DNA from: Myxococcota bacterium
GTDB lineage: Bacteria > Myxococcota_A > UBA9160 > UBA4427
Assembly (NCBI GenBank): GCA_965250285.1
Contig: OZ252299.1
Location: forward strand, 2,592,001-2,656,000
Length of the DNA: 64,000 nucleotides
Direction of reading: 5' to 3'
This document shows, piece after piece, positions 29,156 to 39,017 of this stretch. Below the pieces are notes generated by a model, which saw nothing but the letters and a program-made list of their open reading frames with translations, searched no databases and was not told where the DNA came from. Position 1 is the stretch's first letter; each line of letters opens with the position of its first letter. A program made the translations under genes and the position numbers.

Positions 29156-32100
29156 TCAAGCGGCCTCGCGCTCCGAGTCGGTCGCGTGCACGACGCGCGG
29201 GCGCCGCCGACCCTCGGGCTGGGGCTCGGGTCGGCGCGACACCAGCCGCAGCAGATCTTCGAGCACGAGGTACGAGCACGGCACGAGGAAGAGCGTGACG
29301 AAGCTCGAGAACACGACGCCGAACGCGATCGAGATCGCCATCGGGATCATGAACTTGGCCTGCAGGCTCGTCTCGAGCATCAGCGGCGTGAGGCCCGCGA
29401 ACGTCGTGAGCGAAGTCAGCAGGATCGCGCGGAAGCGCGCCATCCCCGCCTCGACCACCGCCTGCTCGAGCGCCCTGCCCTTCGCGATCAGCTGGTTCAC
29501 GTAGTCGACGAGCACGAGGCTCGCATTGACCACCACACCGGCCAGCGCGACCAGGCCGATCACCGAGTACATCGTCAGCGGGAACCCGAGCAGCAGGTGC
29601 CCCCACGCCGCGCCCACGAAGCCGAACGGGATCGCCGACATGATGATGAACGGCTGAAAGTAGGAGCCGAGCGGCACCGCGAGCAGCACGTAGATCACGA
29701 AGAGCGAGGCGCCGAGACCGATCAGCTGGGCGACCAGGAACTCGCGCTGCTGGGCCTGCTCGCCCTCGAACGCCCAGTGCACGCCGGGGAAGCCCGCGAT
29801 CGCTTCGTCGAGGACGCCCTTGTCGAGGTCGGCCACGATCTCGTTCGCATTGGCCACCGCCTGATCGACGTCGGCGGTCACGCTGACCACACGGCGCCGG
29901 TCGACGTGCTGGATCGTCGAGAAGCCGATCCCGAGGTCGACGTTGGCCACCCGCGAGAACGGCACCTCGCGCCCGTCGGCCGCGCGGATGCGCATGCGCT
30001 CGACGTCGGCGAGCGCGCGACGCTCGTCGGCCGGGTAGCGGACGAACACGTCGACCTCGTCCCGGCCGCGCTGGATCGTCTGCACCTCTTCGCCGTGGAA
30101 CGCCTGTCGAAGCTGACGCGCAAGGTCGCTCAGCGTCAGCCCGAGCGCCTCGGCCGACGGCAGGATCTGATACTCGAGCTCCTGCTTGCCGCCGCGGAAC
30201 GAGTCGCTGATGTCGAAGACGCCGTCGTAGCTCGCGAGTCGCTCACGCACCGACTCGGCCGCGAGCCGAAGCTGGTCGAGGTCGTGCCCCGAGAGCTCGA
30301 CCTCGAGGGCTGCGCCGGCCGACATCAGCTCACTCTTGAAGCTGAGCTCGACGGCACCGGGGATCTCACCCGCGGTCTCTCGCCATCGCTTGACCAGATC
30401 GAGCACACCGACGTCGCGGTCCTTGCTGCCGACGACCTGCACCTGGATCTCGCCGAGGTGACCCGCCGAGGCCCCCCCGCCCGACATCATGCTGCCGCTC
30501 TCGCCGAAGGGCTGCTCGCCAAGCGACATCGCGACATGTGTGAAGACGCTGGGCCCGTCGCCCCCGCGCTCTTCGTCGGCCTCTCGCCGCACGTGCTCGA
30601 GCGCGTCTTCGAGGTGTCCGAGCGCCTGCCCGGTCACGTACGACGGCGTGCCCTCGGTCATCGTCAGCTGGGCGATCATGAAGTCGCCTTCGACCGCCTG
30701 ATGGAAGACGAACTTGAGCCAACCGGCCGAGATGATGCCGCCCGTAAAGATGAGCAGCGCGGTCCCGAACGCGAGCGTCAGGTAGCGCCACTCGAGCGCG
30801 ACCTTCAGCGCCGGCTTGTAGCGCTTCTCGATCACGTACTTGAGGCCGGCGGCGACCTTCTCCTGAAATCTGCGCCAGGCGCGCGAGACCCGCGTCGTGG
30901 GTGTGTGATCGAGCGGCTTCTTCCCGTGCGCGAGGTGAGCAGGCAGGATGAACATCGACTCGAAGAGCGAGAAGAGCAGACACGCGATCACGATCATCGG
31001 CACGTATCGCGTCATCCGGCCCATCGGCCCCGGCAGGAAGAGCAGCGGCGCGAAGGCGGCGATCGTCGTCAGCACACCGAACGTGACCGGCACGACGATC
31101 GTCTGCGCGCCCTCGATCGCGCCGCGCAGCTTGTCCTTCGTCTTCTCCTGGTGCGTGTGGACGTTCTCGCCCACCACGATCGCGTCGTCGACCACGATGC
31201 CGAGCACGACGATGAAGCCGAGCAGCGAGATGTAGTTGAGCGTCAGGTCGAACGCGGGCATCACGGCGACCGCGCCCAGGAACGAGATCGGGATCCCGAG
31301 GCTCACCCAGAGCGCGAGTCGCAGGCGCAGGAAGAGGGAGAGGATCAACACGACGAGCAGGAACCCGCCGCGAGCGTTGCGGATCATGGTGTCGAGGCGC
31401 TCCGCGAGCACCGTCGACTCGTCGTTCCAGACCGTGAGCTGGATGCCCTCGGGCAGCGTGTCCTGGGCGGTCGCGATGTAGTCGTGGACCGAGGCCGCAA
31501 TCGCGGGCGTCTTCTGGTCGCCCACACGGCCGACGTCGACGTGAACGGCGGGCAGACCGTCGAACCGCGCCGCGAGATCACTCTCGGCAAAGCCATCGAT
31601 CACCGTGGCGACGTCTCCCACGGTGAGGCGCGTGCCGTCGGCCCGCGACACGAGCGCGATGCGCGCGAAGTCGTCGGACGAGTAGGCCTGCCCCTTCGCG
31701 CGCAGCAGGATCTCGCCGCCGTCGGTCTTGATCGAGCCGCCCGGCAGATCGAGCGATGAGCGACGCACGGCGGCGGCGACGTCGTCGAAGGACAGGTCGT
31801 AGCGGCGCATCGCGTCTTCGGAGAGCTCGATCGAGATCTCGTAGTCGCGCGCGACGGCCAGCTCGGCCTCGCTGATGCCCGGCCGCGCGACGAGCTCGTC
31901 GCGCACGCGCTGGGCGATCCGCTTGAGCGTCCACTCGTCCGTCCGCCCCGCGACGGCGACCGTCAGCACGCGCTTGTCGATCTCGACCTGCTTGACCGTC
32001 GGCTGCTCGGCGTCGTCGGGCAGCGTATCGACGGCGTCGATGGACGACCGCACCTCGTCGAGACGCTTGCGCACGTCCTCGCCGGCCATCAGCTCGAGCG

Positions 32101-32386
32101 TGACCGAGCTGAGCCCCTCGGCCGAAGCCGAACGGATCGTCTTGACGCCCTGCAGCCCGCTCAGCGCCTCTTCGATGCGATTCGTGACCGACGCCTCGAC
32201 CTCGCTCGGCGACGCACCGGGATAGATCGTCGAGACCGTGACGTACTCGAGCTCGATGTCGGGGATCAGCTCCTGGGTCAGCGTGGGGATCGTCGCGAGG
32301 CCGGCCCCGACGATCACCAGCATCAGCAAGTTGGCCGCGACGTGGTTCTTCGCGAACCAGGCGATGGCCGCCTTCACGAGGCCCAC
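29156..32386 (-). CDS. AcrB-family RND efflux permease
   Basis: NHVAANLLM, GIVVDDAIVVGEN and RFRAILLTSLTT motifs; 1076 aa. Confidence 0.93.
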   Translation of the reverse strand: MGLVKAAIAWFAKNHVAANLLMLVIVGAGLATIPTLTQELIPDIELEYVTVSTIYPGASPSEVEASVTNRIEEALSGLQGVKTIRSASAEGLSSVTLELMAGEDVRKRLDEVRSSIDAVDTLPDDAEQPTVKQVEIDKRVLTVAVAGRTDEWTLKRIAQRVRDELVARPGISEAELAVARDYEISIELSEDAMRRYDLSFDDVAAAVRRSSLDLPGGSIKTDGGEILLRAKGQAYSSDDFARIALVSRADGTRLTVGDVATVIDGFAESDLAARFDGLPAVHVDVGRVGDQKTPAIAASVHDYIATAQDTLPEGIQLTVWNDESTVLAERLDTMIRNARGGFLLVVLILSLFLRLRLALWVSLGIPISFLGAVAVMPAFDLTLNYISLLGFIVVLGIVVDDAIVVGENVHTHQEKTKDKLRGAIEGAQTIVVPVTFGVLTTIAAFAPLLFLPGPMGRMTRYVPMIVIACLLFSLFESMFILPAHLAHGKKPLDHTPTTRVSRAWRRFQEKVAAGLKYVIEKRYKPALKVALEWRYLTLAFGTALLIFTGGIISAGWLKFVFHQAVEGDFMIAQLTMTEGTPSYVTGQALGHLEDALEHVRREADEERGGDGPSVFTHVAMSLGEQPFGESGSMMSGGGASAGHLGEIQVQVVGSKDRDVGVLDLVKRWRETAGEIPGAVELSFKSELMSAGAALEVELSGHDLDQLRLAAESVRERLASYDGVFDISDSFRGGKQELEYQILPSAEALGLTLSDLARQLRQAFHGEEVQTIQRGRDEVDVFVRYPADERRALADVERMRIRAADGREVPFSRVANVDLGIGFSTIQHVDRRRVVSVTADVDQAVANANEIVADLDKGVLDEAIAGFPGVHWAFEGEQAQQREFLVAQLIGLGASLFVIYVLLAVPLGSYFQPFIIMSAIPFGFVGAAWGHLLLGFPLTMYSVIGLVALAGVVVNASLVLVDYVNQLIAKGRALEQAVVEAGMARFRAILLTSLTTFAGLTPLMLETSLQAKFMIPMAISIAFGVVFSSFVTLFLVPCSYLVLEDLLRLVSRRPEPQPEGRRRPRVVHATDSEREAA

Positions 32387-33642
32387 CTCCCGCTGCGCGA
32401 GAAGAGATCCTCCGGCCTCGCAGCGGTATTGGCGGCCGGGCGTTCAATGGGTCGCACGGCCATGCCTTCGGTCGCGACCTCGAGCGGCGACGTCACGATG
32501 CGCTCGCCCGCCGCGACCCCGCCGCGAATCAGCGTGCGCTCGCGCTCGACGCGCAGGACGTCGACGTCGCGGACGCGCAGCCGATCATCGGTGTCGATCA
32601 CGAGGACCTCGCGGCCACGCCGGAGCGCGCCGGGCGGCACGCTCACGACTTCGGAGACCTCGCGGCCCTCGATCTCGGCGTGCACGAAGAGTCCGATCGG
32701 GAGCGGTGCGCGCGGCGCGTCGTTCGCTTCGGACGCGCCGGCGCCTTCCTCGAGCGCATAGGGATCGTCGACTCGGGCGACGAGCGTGATCATGCGCGTG
32801 CGCGCATCGAGCGCGCCCTCGGTGCGCACGACGTAGCCCTGCCATTGGTGTTCGCCGCCCGCGTACTCGGCGCGCAGCGTGACGTTGGCGAGGCGTCGCG
32901 GGGCCTCTCCCTCGCGGGCGACGCGGGGGCGCACGTCGAGGGCGAGGAACGCCAGATCCATGTCGTCGATCGGCAGCCGCACCTCGGCGAAGTCGACGCT
33001 GTAGATGCGCGCGACGGGCACGCCGCGGGCGACGAACTGGCCGACATCGACGCGCTTCTCGAGCACGCGGCCGGCGAACGGGGCATCGATCTCGGTGCGC
33101 TCGAGGTCGAGCTCTGCCCGCTCGACCGCCACTTTCGCCTCGCGCAGATTCGCTTCGGCAGTTTCGAAGTTGAAGATGGCCTCGTCGAGTCGGGCCTGAC
33201 TCGAGGCGCCGGTCTGGCGGATCGAGCGCTGGCGCTCGAGGGTGCGCTTCGCGTGCGACAGGTTGCTGCGCGCGCGCTGCAGCGCGGCGCGAGCGCCGTC
33301 GAGGGCGATCTCGTGATCGCGGGCGTCCATCCGCAGCAGCGGCTCGCCCTCGCCGAAGAACCCGCCCGAGGCGAGCTGCGGCGAGACCCAGACGATGCGG
33401 CCGGCGACCTCGGTCACGAGATCGCTCTCGGTGCGCGGCTCGACCGTGCCCTGGGCGGTCACGGCGAGGCGCACGGTCTCGGGCTGGGCGGTCTGGACGC
33501 TGACGATCGGCGGCACGCGCTCGGGGCGCTGCGACGCCGTATCGGGTCGCAGTGACACCATCGCCACCACCAACACCCCGGCGGCGAGCAGGACGGCGAT
33601 GGGCGCGATGATCTTCGCGCGATGCGTTCCAGACGGGCTCAT
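32374..33642 (-). CDS. RND periplasmic adaptor (MFP)
   Basis: TM anchor, EVAGRI, LERTEIDAPFAGRV; upstream of the RND permease. Confidence 0.9.
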   Translation of the reverse strand: MSPSGTHRAKIIAPIAVLLAAGVLVVAMVSLRPDTASQRPERVPPIVSVQTAQPETVRLAVTAQGTVEPRTESDLVTEVAGRIVWVSPQLASGGFFGEGEPLLRMDARDHEIALDGARAALQRARSNLSHAKRTLERQRSIRQTGASSQARLDEAIFNFETAEANLREAKVAVERAELDLERTEIDAPFAGRVLEKRVDVGQFVARGVPVARIYSVDFAEVRLPIDDMDLAFLALDVRPRVAREGEAPRRLANVTLRAEYAGGEHQWQGYVVRTEGALDARTRMITLVARVDDPYALEEGAGASEANDAPRAPLPIGLFVHAEIEGREVSEVVSVPPGALRRGREVLVIDTDDRLRVRDVDVLRVERERTLIRGGVAAGERIVTSPLEVATEGMAVRPIERPAANTAARPEDLFSRSGRWAS

Positions 33643-33808
33643 GTAGCCATCCCCGGGCCGACCCCCGCCTGCCGACGCAGGAGGCGGTGCCCAATCGATC
33701 GGTCATCCGGGCGCAAGGGTTTTGGGCCCGCGGTCGGCCTGCCGTTCCGTCCCCCAGACGGCGATCGGCGGGCACGGGCCCCGTGACTCGACGCAAGATT
33801 CGCCCACT

Positions 33809-33839
33809 CACTGGCAATTGTCAATGACTTTTGTCAGTG
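33809..33839. promoter_or_regulatory. Putative TetR operator
   Basis: CACTGGCAA...TTGTCAGTG inverted repeat holding tandem TG(G/A)C-N4-GTCA boxes between divergent MFP and tetR. Confidence 0.6.
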
Positions 33840-33848
33840 TATCCGGTC

Positions 33849-34460
33849 ATGGCCGAAACCGCCCTTCAGATGCCGACGCGACGCGAGCGTCAGCGTGCCG
33901 AGACGCGCGAGCGCCTGTTTCAGGCTGCGTGTGCGGAGATCGACCGGGTCGGTCTCGCCGAGGCGCAGATCCCGCGCATCGCGCGGACAGCGGGGGTCGC
34001 CCGGGCGACGTTCTACTTCCACTTCCCGACCAAGGAGGACGTGCTCGAAGAGCTCGTCCGCCGGCTGCAGGACGGCCTGACCGACTCGCTCGCCGAGATC
34101 GATCCCGAAGCCCAGCCCCTGCGCGAGGTGATCGGCTTGCTCGTACAGCGGATCCTGCTGCACCGGGCCTATGTCGGTGAGTCGAGTCTGATGCGCGAGG
34201 TGCTGGCGCTGCACGTGCGCCGCGCGCAGAACGACGAGCCGCAGGCCGAGGGCGGGCTGCCCGAAGCCCTCGCGCCGCACTTCGCCGCCGCCGCGCGTCG
34301 CGGCGAGATCCAGACGCCGATCGAGCCCGAGCGACTCTCGGCGATCTTCCTCGCGAGCATGTTCGGCCTGCTGCTCGGTGGGCATCGCGCCGAGGACGCC
34401 GATCTCGAAGAGGGACTGCGCGTGCTCGCCGACGTGTTCCTGCGCGGGCTCGCGATCTAG
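33849..34460 (+). CDS. TetR/AcrR family regulator
   Basis: IARTAGVARATFYFHFPTKEDV HTH. Confidence 0.9.
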   Translation: MAETALQMPTRRERQRAETRERLFQAACAEIDRVGLAEAQIPRIARTAGVARATFYFHFPTKEDVLEELVRRLQDGLTDSLAEIDPEAQPLREVIGLLVQRILLHRAYVGESSLMREVLALHVRRAQNDEPQAEGGLPEALAPHFAAAARRGEIQTPIEPERLSAIFLASMFGLLLGGHRAEDADLEEGLRVLADVFLRGLAI

Positions 34461-34526
34461 CGCCGAGCTGCTCGCCCCGCCGGCGGGCCGGCGATCTCGC
34501 TTCTGCTCGGACCGATCAAACCGGGT

Positions 34527-36017
34527 TCAGCCGGGCGGCGCCTCCGGCAGCTGCACGAACACGCGCGTGCCCTCGCCCGGTCGACTCTCGATGCGCAGCT
34601 GCCCGCCGTGCTCGGACACGATCCGGTAGCAGATCGGCAGGCCGAGACCGCCCGACACGCCGGCCGGCTCGCCCTCGAAGAAGGGGTCGAACGCCTCGTC
34701 GAGCACCTCCTGATCGATGCCGGGCCCCTGGTCTTCGATGACCAGCTCGATGCCGGTCGGGCTGCGCCCGAGCGCAAGCCGCACACCGTGCGCGCCTTCG
34801 GACGCGTCGAGCGCGTTTCGCAACAGCTGCTCGATCATGAACTCGATCTGCATCGCGTCGCCGCGCACGACGACGGCCTCTTCGTCGATCTGCATCTCGA
34901 GATGTTCGGCTTCGAGAGCATCGAGGCCGATCGAGTCGTGCACCGAGCGCAGCGTCGCGGCCAGGTCGAGGCGGTCTTGCCGGCGGGCACCGAACTCGGA
35001 CGAGCCTCGTTCTCGGCGAACCGGCACGAGCCCCTCTCCACTCTCGGAGACGCGCGCAAAGCCGATCGAGGGCGCCGGGTCGGCATGGGCCTGAGGGGCA
35101 TCGCCCGGGGCCGCCGTGGGCAGCATGCCCGACGGCAGCTGCGCACCGAGCTTCGCGAGCTCGTCGAGCTTCTCGGCCAGACTCGTGTCGACCTGGTCGA
35201 GCAGCGCGAGCTGACCGCGCCGCGCGCCCGCCACCGCTTCGAGCTGGCGAGACAGATCGAGGGAGCGGCCAGCGAACGCACAGAGTGCCGTCCCGAGCGC
35301 GCCACACGCGCCGACGATCAAGAGCGGCCCCGCCGCCGCAGCCGTCACCGTGAAGGTCCAACCGAGTGCGGCCGCACTCGCGAACGAGCCGAGGGCGAGA
35401 CCCGAGACGAGCCCGGTGCGAGACTGCCGTCGCCAGCGCACGTCGAACTCACACGTCTCGCCGCCGGCGTGCGCGCACTGGACGTGCTCGACGTGGGCGG
35501 GCAACAGACCGAAGACCATCGGCAGCGCTTCGAGCATGCCCGCTCGCATCTCGCAGAAGAGCTTCGGGTCGACCTCGGCCGCGCCGTGCGCGTCGCCCTC
35601 GCCCTTCGGCGCGGCTTCGAAGCGGATGCGCGCGCGCTCGCCCTCGAGCACGGGCTCGGCGAAGCGCGCGGCCTCGGATTCGCGCGCCATCCAGTGATGA
35701 CTGCGTCGATACGCCTTCTCGACCGTCGCGACGCCCGAATGACAGAAGAACGGTCCCAGACCCTCGAGCCGCACCAACGCCTGACCGACGCGCCGCGCGA
35801 GCAGCGGGCTGGCGTCGGCGGCCGCGAACGACTCGATCACTGCTCGTTCGGGCAGCCACGGGCCTTCACGCGGGAGGCCGATCGGGCCGATCTCGAGCCG
35901 GCGACAGACGCGCTCGCGTGCCGGGGCGTCGCCCGACTCGAGCAGAACGTCGAGCAGGGTCGCCACGATGCGGCGATTGGAGGGAAGATCCCCCACGAAC
36001 CAGTCGAGTCCACCCAT
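34527..36017 (-). CDS. V4R-like sensor / HATPase_c histidine-kinase-like protein
   Basis: C...CAHAGGETCEF, 2 TM helices, N (LLRNALDA), G1 (DQGPGI), F (FDPFF) and G2 (GLGL) boxes. Confidence 0.75.
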   Translation of the reverse strand: MGGLDWFVGDLPSNRRIVATLLDVLLESGDAPARERVCRRLEIGPIGLPREGPWLPERAVIESFAAADASPLLARRVGQALVRLEGLGPFFCHSGVATVEKAYRRSHHWMARESEAARFAEPVLEGERARIRFEAAPKGEGDAHGAAEVDPKLFCEMRAGMLEALPMVFGLLPAHVEHVQCAHAGGETCEFDVRWRRQSRTGLVSGLALGSFASAAALGWTFTVTAAAAGPLLIVGACGALGTALCAFAGRSLDLSRQLEAVAGARRGQLALLDQVDTSLAEKLDELAKLGAQLPSGMLPTAAPGDAPQAHADPAPSIGFARVSESGEGLVPVRRERGSSEFGARRQDRLDLAATLRSVHDSIGLDALEAEHLEMQIDEEAVVVRGDAMQIEFMIEQLLRNALDASEGAHGVRLALGRSPTGIELVIEDQGPGIDQEVLDEAFDPFFEGEPAGVSGGLGLPICYRIVSEHGGQLRIESRPGEGTRVFVQLPEAPPG

Positions 36018-36108
36018 GTCGTTTCTATCGGCGAATCAGGCGCGAATCGGAGTCTTCTGCGCACGCGCGGCGCGACCGGCATCCGGATGCCCCGCGCCGG
36101 TGCGGTGC

Positions 36109-36507
36109 TCAGCGGACGGGGTCGAGTCGAATCGCCGTCGTTTCGCCGCTGTCGCGCATGACCGAGATGACCGTATCGGCCCAGCCGTAGTCTTCCGCCA
36201 TGAGTCGATTGATCCGCTCCTGCTGTTTCGGAACGACCACCGCTCGGTAGTCCGCCGATTCGCCATTGCGGGTCATCGTGACGCGCGGCTCGGCCTGGAG
36301 CCGCAGCAGCCAGGCCGAAGCCGGCTGCCCGGCGCGAATCCAGAGCTGGTTGTGATCCTCGACGATCCAGACCTTCGTGTCGTGACGCGAGCCGCCCTTG
36401 CCCGTCGTCGTCAACGTGACGACCTCGCCGCCGAAGTCACTCGCGAGCAGGACGGCCGCAAAGAAGCCGCCCACCGCGATCAAAGCGACCAGAAATAGTT
36501 TGCCCAT
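36109..36507 (-). CDS. Membrane-anchored DDN/DUF2255-like split-barrel protein
   Basis: LTTTG...TKVWIV...AWLLRLQAEPRV...DYG...IRLDP. Confidence 0.7.
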   Translation of the reverse strand: MGKLFLVALIAVGGFFAAVLLASDFGGEVVTLTTTGKGGSRHDTKVWIVEDHNQLWIRAGQPASAWLLRLQAEPRVTMTRNGESADYRAVVVPKQQERINRLMAEDYGWADTVISVMRDSGETTAIRLDPVR

Positions 36508-36582
36508 GTGCCCCCCAATCCCGCCGCAGATGCTAGGTCGTGCGAGGCGACACCGCTGCGGATCGCTTCGATTCGGTGCGCG

Positions 36583-37944
36583 TCAGCGCACCTCGCTCCC
36601 CTCGCGGATCCGGTCCCGCCCACGCCAGACTTCGAGCGTCGCGAGCACGGCGTCGAACCAGGGCCACCACGCTTCGGCATACGCGAGCGGCGCCTCGCTG
36701 ACGATCACCATCACGCGGTCGTCGGGCAACTCGGTGAAGCGAAAGCGCTGGGCGTACTCGCCGCTCGCGTCTTCGACCTCGATCTCGAGCGCGGGCCGCC
36801 CGAACGCGACGATGCGACGCTGCGCGCGAAACCAGCTGCCCCCGAGCAGCTCGTCTCGGTACCGCTCGAGGAACGCTTCGAGCGACGCCGCCGGCCAGAC
36901 GAGCACGCGCAGCGACGCGTCGTAGTCCCAGCTCGGACCATTCGTCGTCAACAGGCCATGCGACTCCTCGATGCGCAGCCAACCCGCCGGGGGGCGCAGC
37001 TCGAAGCCCAGGCGTGCGTCGACGAACGGCGCGAGGGCGAGCACGGGTGCGCCGGGCGGCGGCGCAGGCGGAAGCGGCGCGGGGGGCGGCTCGACGGGCA
37101 CGTCCCCGTACTGCGTGCCGGCGGGCATCGAGTAGAGCGAAAGGAACGAGTGCACGTCTTGCGCCGACAAGCCGGCTCGGGGGGCTGCGCGATCGAGCCG
37201 CGGATACATCAGGTCCCCCGGGCTCGGGCTGTGGCCGCGCATGCCGAGCGCATGCCCGAGCTCGTGGAGCGCCAGCCGCCGCACGAGCTCGGGCGCAAGC
37301 AGGCCGTGCTCGTCGGCGAGATACAGGTCGAGGCTCGGTACATCGAAGCTGGTCACGATGCGATCGCGTTCGGGATCCCAGCCATGGGCGAGACACCCGC
37401 GCGCGAGCGCTTCGGTCGAACCGAGCACGCGCATGCCGGGCGCACGTTCGGGCGCGCGGCGGCCATGCATCGCGATGCGAAGCTGCGCCTCATCACCGCT
37501 CGCGACGCGCTCGAAGCGAACCACGCCCTCCAGCTGCTCCTCCCACTCTGCCATGGCCCCTTCGACGGCCGCGACGAGATCTGCGGGGTCGACCGGCGAG
37601 AACTCGTCCTGCACGTCGGGCGCGATGTCGGGGGGTTCGATGAAGACGCGCAGGGGCAGCTGGGCGTCGGGCCAGCGGCAGAAGACGAGCACGTCGCCCC
37701 GCGCGGCGTCGCCCTCGAAGCGGTGCACCATGAATGGCAGATAGTTCGGCTCGAGCAGCGAAGGCCACGCCTCCTTGAAGGCGAGGTACTCGCGGCGGTC
37801 GGGCTCGTACGCGAGATCCGAGGCTCGGCCTTCGCTCGCGTGCAGCGCCTTGCGTCCGTTCGACGCGCAGCCGGCGTGAAGCAGCAGGCCGGCGGCCAGG
37901 AGCCCGGCGGCCGACGCACCCCGCGCCCGCGCGAAGCCCCTCAA
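36583..37944 (-). CDS. Matrixin-family zinc metalloprotease lipoprotein
   Basis: HELGHALGMRGH plus Met-turn DLMYP; HAGC lipobox; probable TTG start overlapping the smpB stop. Confidence 0.8.
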   Translation of the reverse strand: MRGFARARGASAAGLLAAGLLLHAGCASNGRKALHASEGRASDLAYEPDRREYLAFKEAWPSLLEPNYLPFMVHRFEGDAARGDVLVFCRWPDAQLPLRVFIEPPDIAPDVQDEFSPVDPADLVAAVEGAMAEWEEQLEGVVRFERVASGDEAQLRIAMHGRRAPERAPGMRVLGSTEALARGCLAHGWDPERDRIVTSFDVPSLDLYLADEHGLLAPELVRRLALHELGHALGMRGHSPSPGDLMYPRLDRAAPRAGLSAQDVHSFLSLYSMPAGTQYGDVPVEPPPAPLPPAPPPGAPVLALAPFVDARLGFELRPPAGWLRIEESHGLLTTNGPSWDYDASLRVLVWPAASLEAFLERYRDELLGGSWFRAQRRIVAFGRPALEIEVEDASGEYAQRFRFTELPDDRVMVIVSEAPLAYAEAWWPWFDAVLATLEVWRGRDRIREGSEVR

Positions 37945-38438
37945 CGCCGTTCGCGGCCGCCACCGCGCCGCATGGCGCGCCGTGCTTCGAGATCGGCGTC
38001 GCGTCGCTTGATCGTCTCGCGCTTGTCGTGATGATGCTTGCCGCGCACCAGACCGAGCTCGACCTTCACCCGCCCGTCGCGCAGATAGAGCCGCAACGGA
38101 ACGAGCGTGAGCCCGCGCTCGACCACCCGAGAGCGCAGCTTCTGGATCTCGTGCCGATGGAGCAGCAGCTTGCGCTCGCGCATGGGTTCGGGCGCGCTGC
38201 GGTTCGCGTACTCGTAGGGCGTGATGTGCAGCTTCTCGAGCCAGCACTCACCGCCCTTGATGACGGCGAAGGCGTCGCCCATGTTGGCGCGCCCCTCCCG
38301 CAGACTCTTCACCTCGGGCCCGAGCAGCGCGATCCCCGCCTCGACGGCATCGAGCACTTCGTAGTCATGCCGAGCCCGCCGATTGGTCGCGATGACCTTC
38401 TCGTTCGGCTTCTCTTTCGCCTTCTTCTTCGCCGCCAT
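37941..38438 (-). CDS. smpB: SsrA-binding protein
   Basis: NRRARHDY, GPEVKSLR, RKLLLH and GKHHHDKRETIK motifs. Confidence 0.97.
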   Translation of the reverse strand: MAAKKKAKEKPNEKVIATNRRARHDYEVLDAVEAGIALLGPEVKSLREGRANMGDAFAVIKGGECWLEKLHITPYEYANRSAPEPMRERKLLLHRHEIQKLRSRVVERGLTLVPLRLYLRDGRVKVELGLVRGKHHHDKRETIKRRDADLEARRAMRRGGGRERR

Positions 38439-38601
38439 AGCGCGCGAACACTAGCAACCCGACGAACCAGCTCCCCATGCAACCCGCCTCGGGGGCGGAC
38501 GAGGGCCGCGAGCTTTCGCCGAGATCAAGGCGCCGCGCGCAGGCGTACTCATGTACGTCGAGCACGCCAACGCAGAGATCGGCGAAAGAACGCGGTGCTC
38601 G

Positions 38602-38952
38602 TCAGTCCCGTGCGCGATTCACCCCGTCGACGAAGACTCGCTTGGCCTTCCAGGTGCGGGCCTCGCTGTCGGGCACGGTCGTCCAGCTCGCGATGATCAC
38701 GCAGTCGCCGGGCTTGATCAGATGCGCGGCGGCGCCGTTCACGCAGATCTCACCCGAACCGGCCTCACCCTCGATCACGTAGGTGGTGAGGCGGTTGCCA
38801 TTGGTGCAGTCCCAGATGTCCACCTGCTCGTAGGGCAGCATGTCGGCCGCGTCGAGGAGGTCGCGGTCGATGGTGACCGAGCCCTCGTACTCGATGTTGG
38901 CTTCGGTCACGGTCGCGCGGTGGATCTTCGACTTCATCATGGTGCGGGTCAT
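38602..38952 (-). CDS. panD: Aspartate 1-decarboxylase
   Basis: [18 protein letters not shown] and NGAAAH motifs. Confidence 0.97.
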   Translation of the reverse strand: MTRTMMKSKIHRATVTEANIEYEGSVTIDRDLLDAADMLPYEQVDIWDCTNGNRLTTYVIEGEAGSGEICVNGAAAHLIKPGDCVIIASWTTVPDSEARTWKAKRVFVDGVNRARD

Positions 38953-39017
38953 GGGGGAGGTGTCTCCGTCGTGCCTTGCGTTGGGGCCAGGCGGGTTGAG
39001 AAGCTCGGGTCGGTTCT

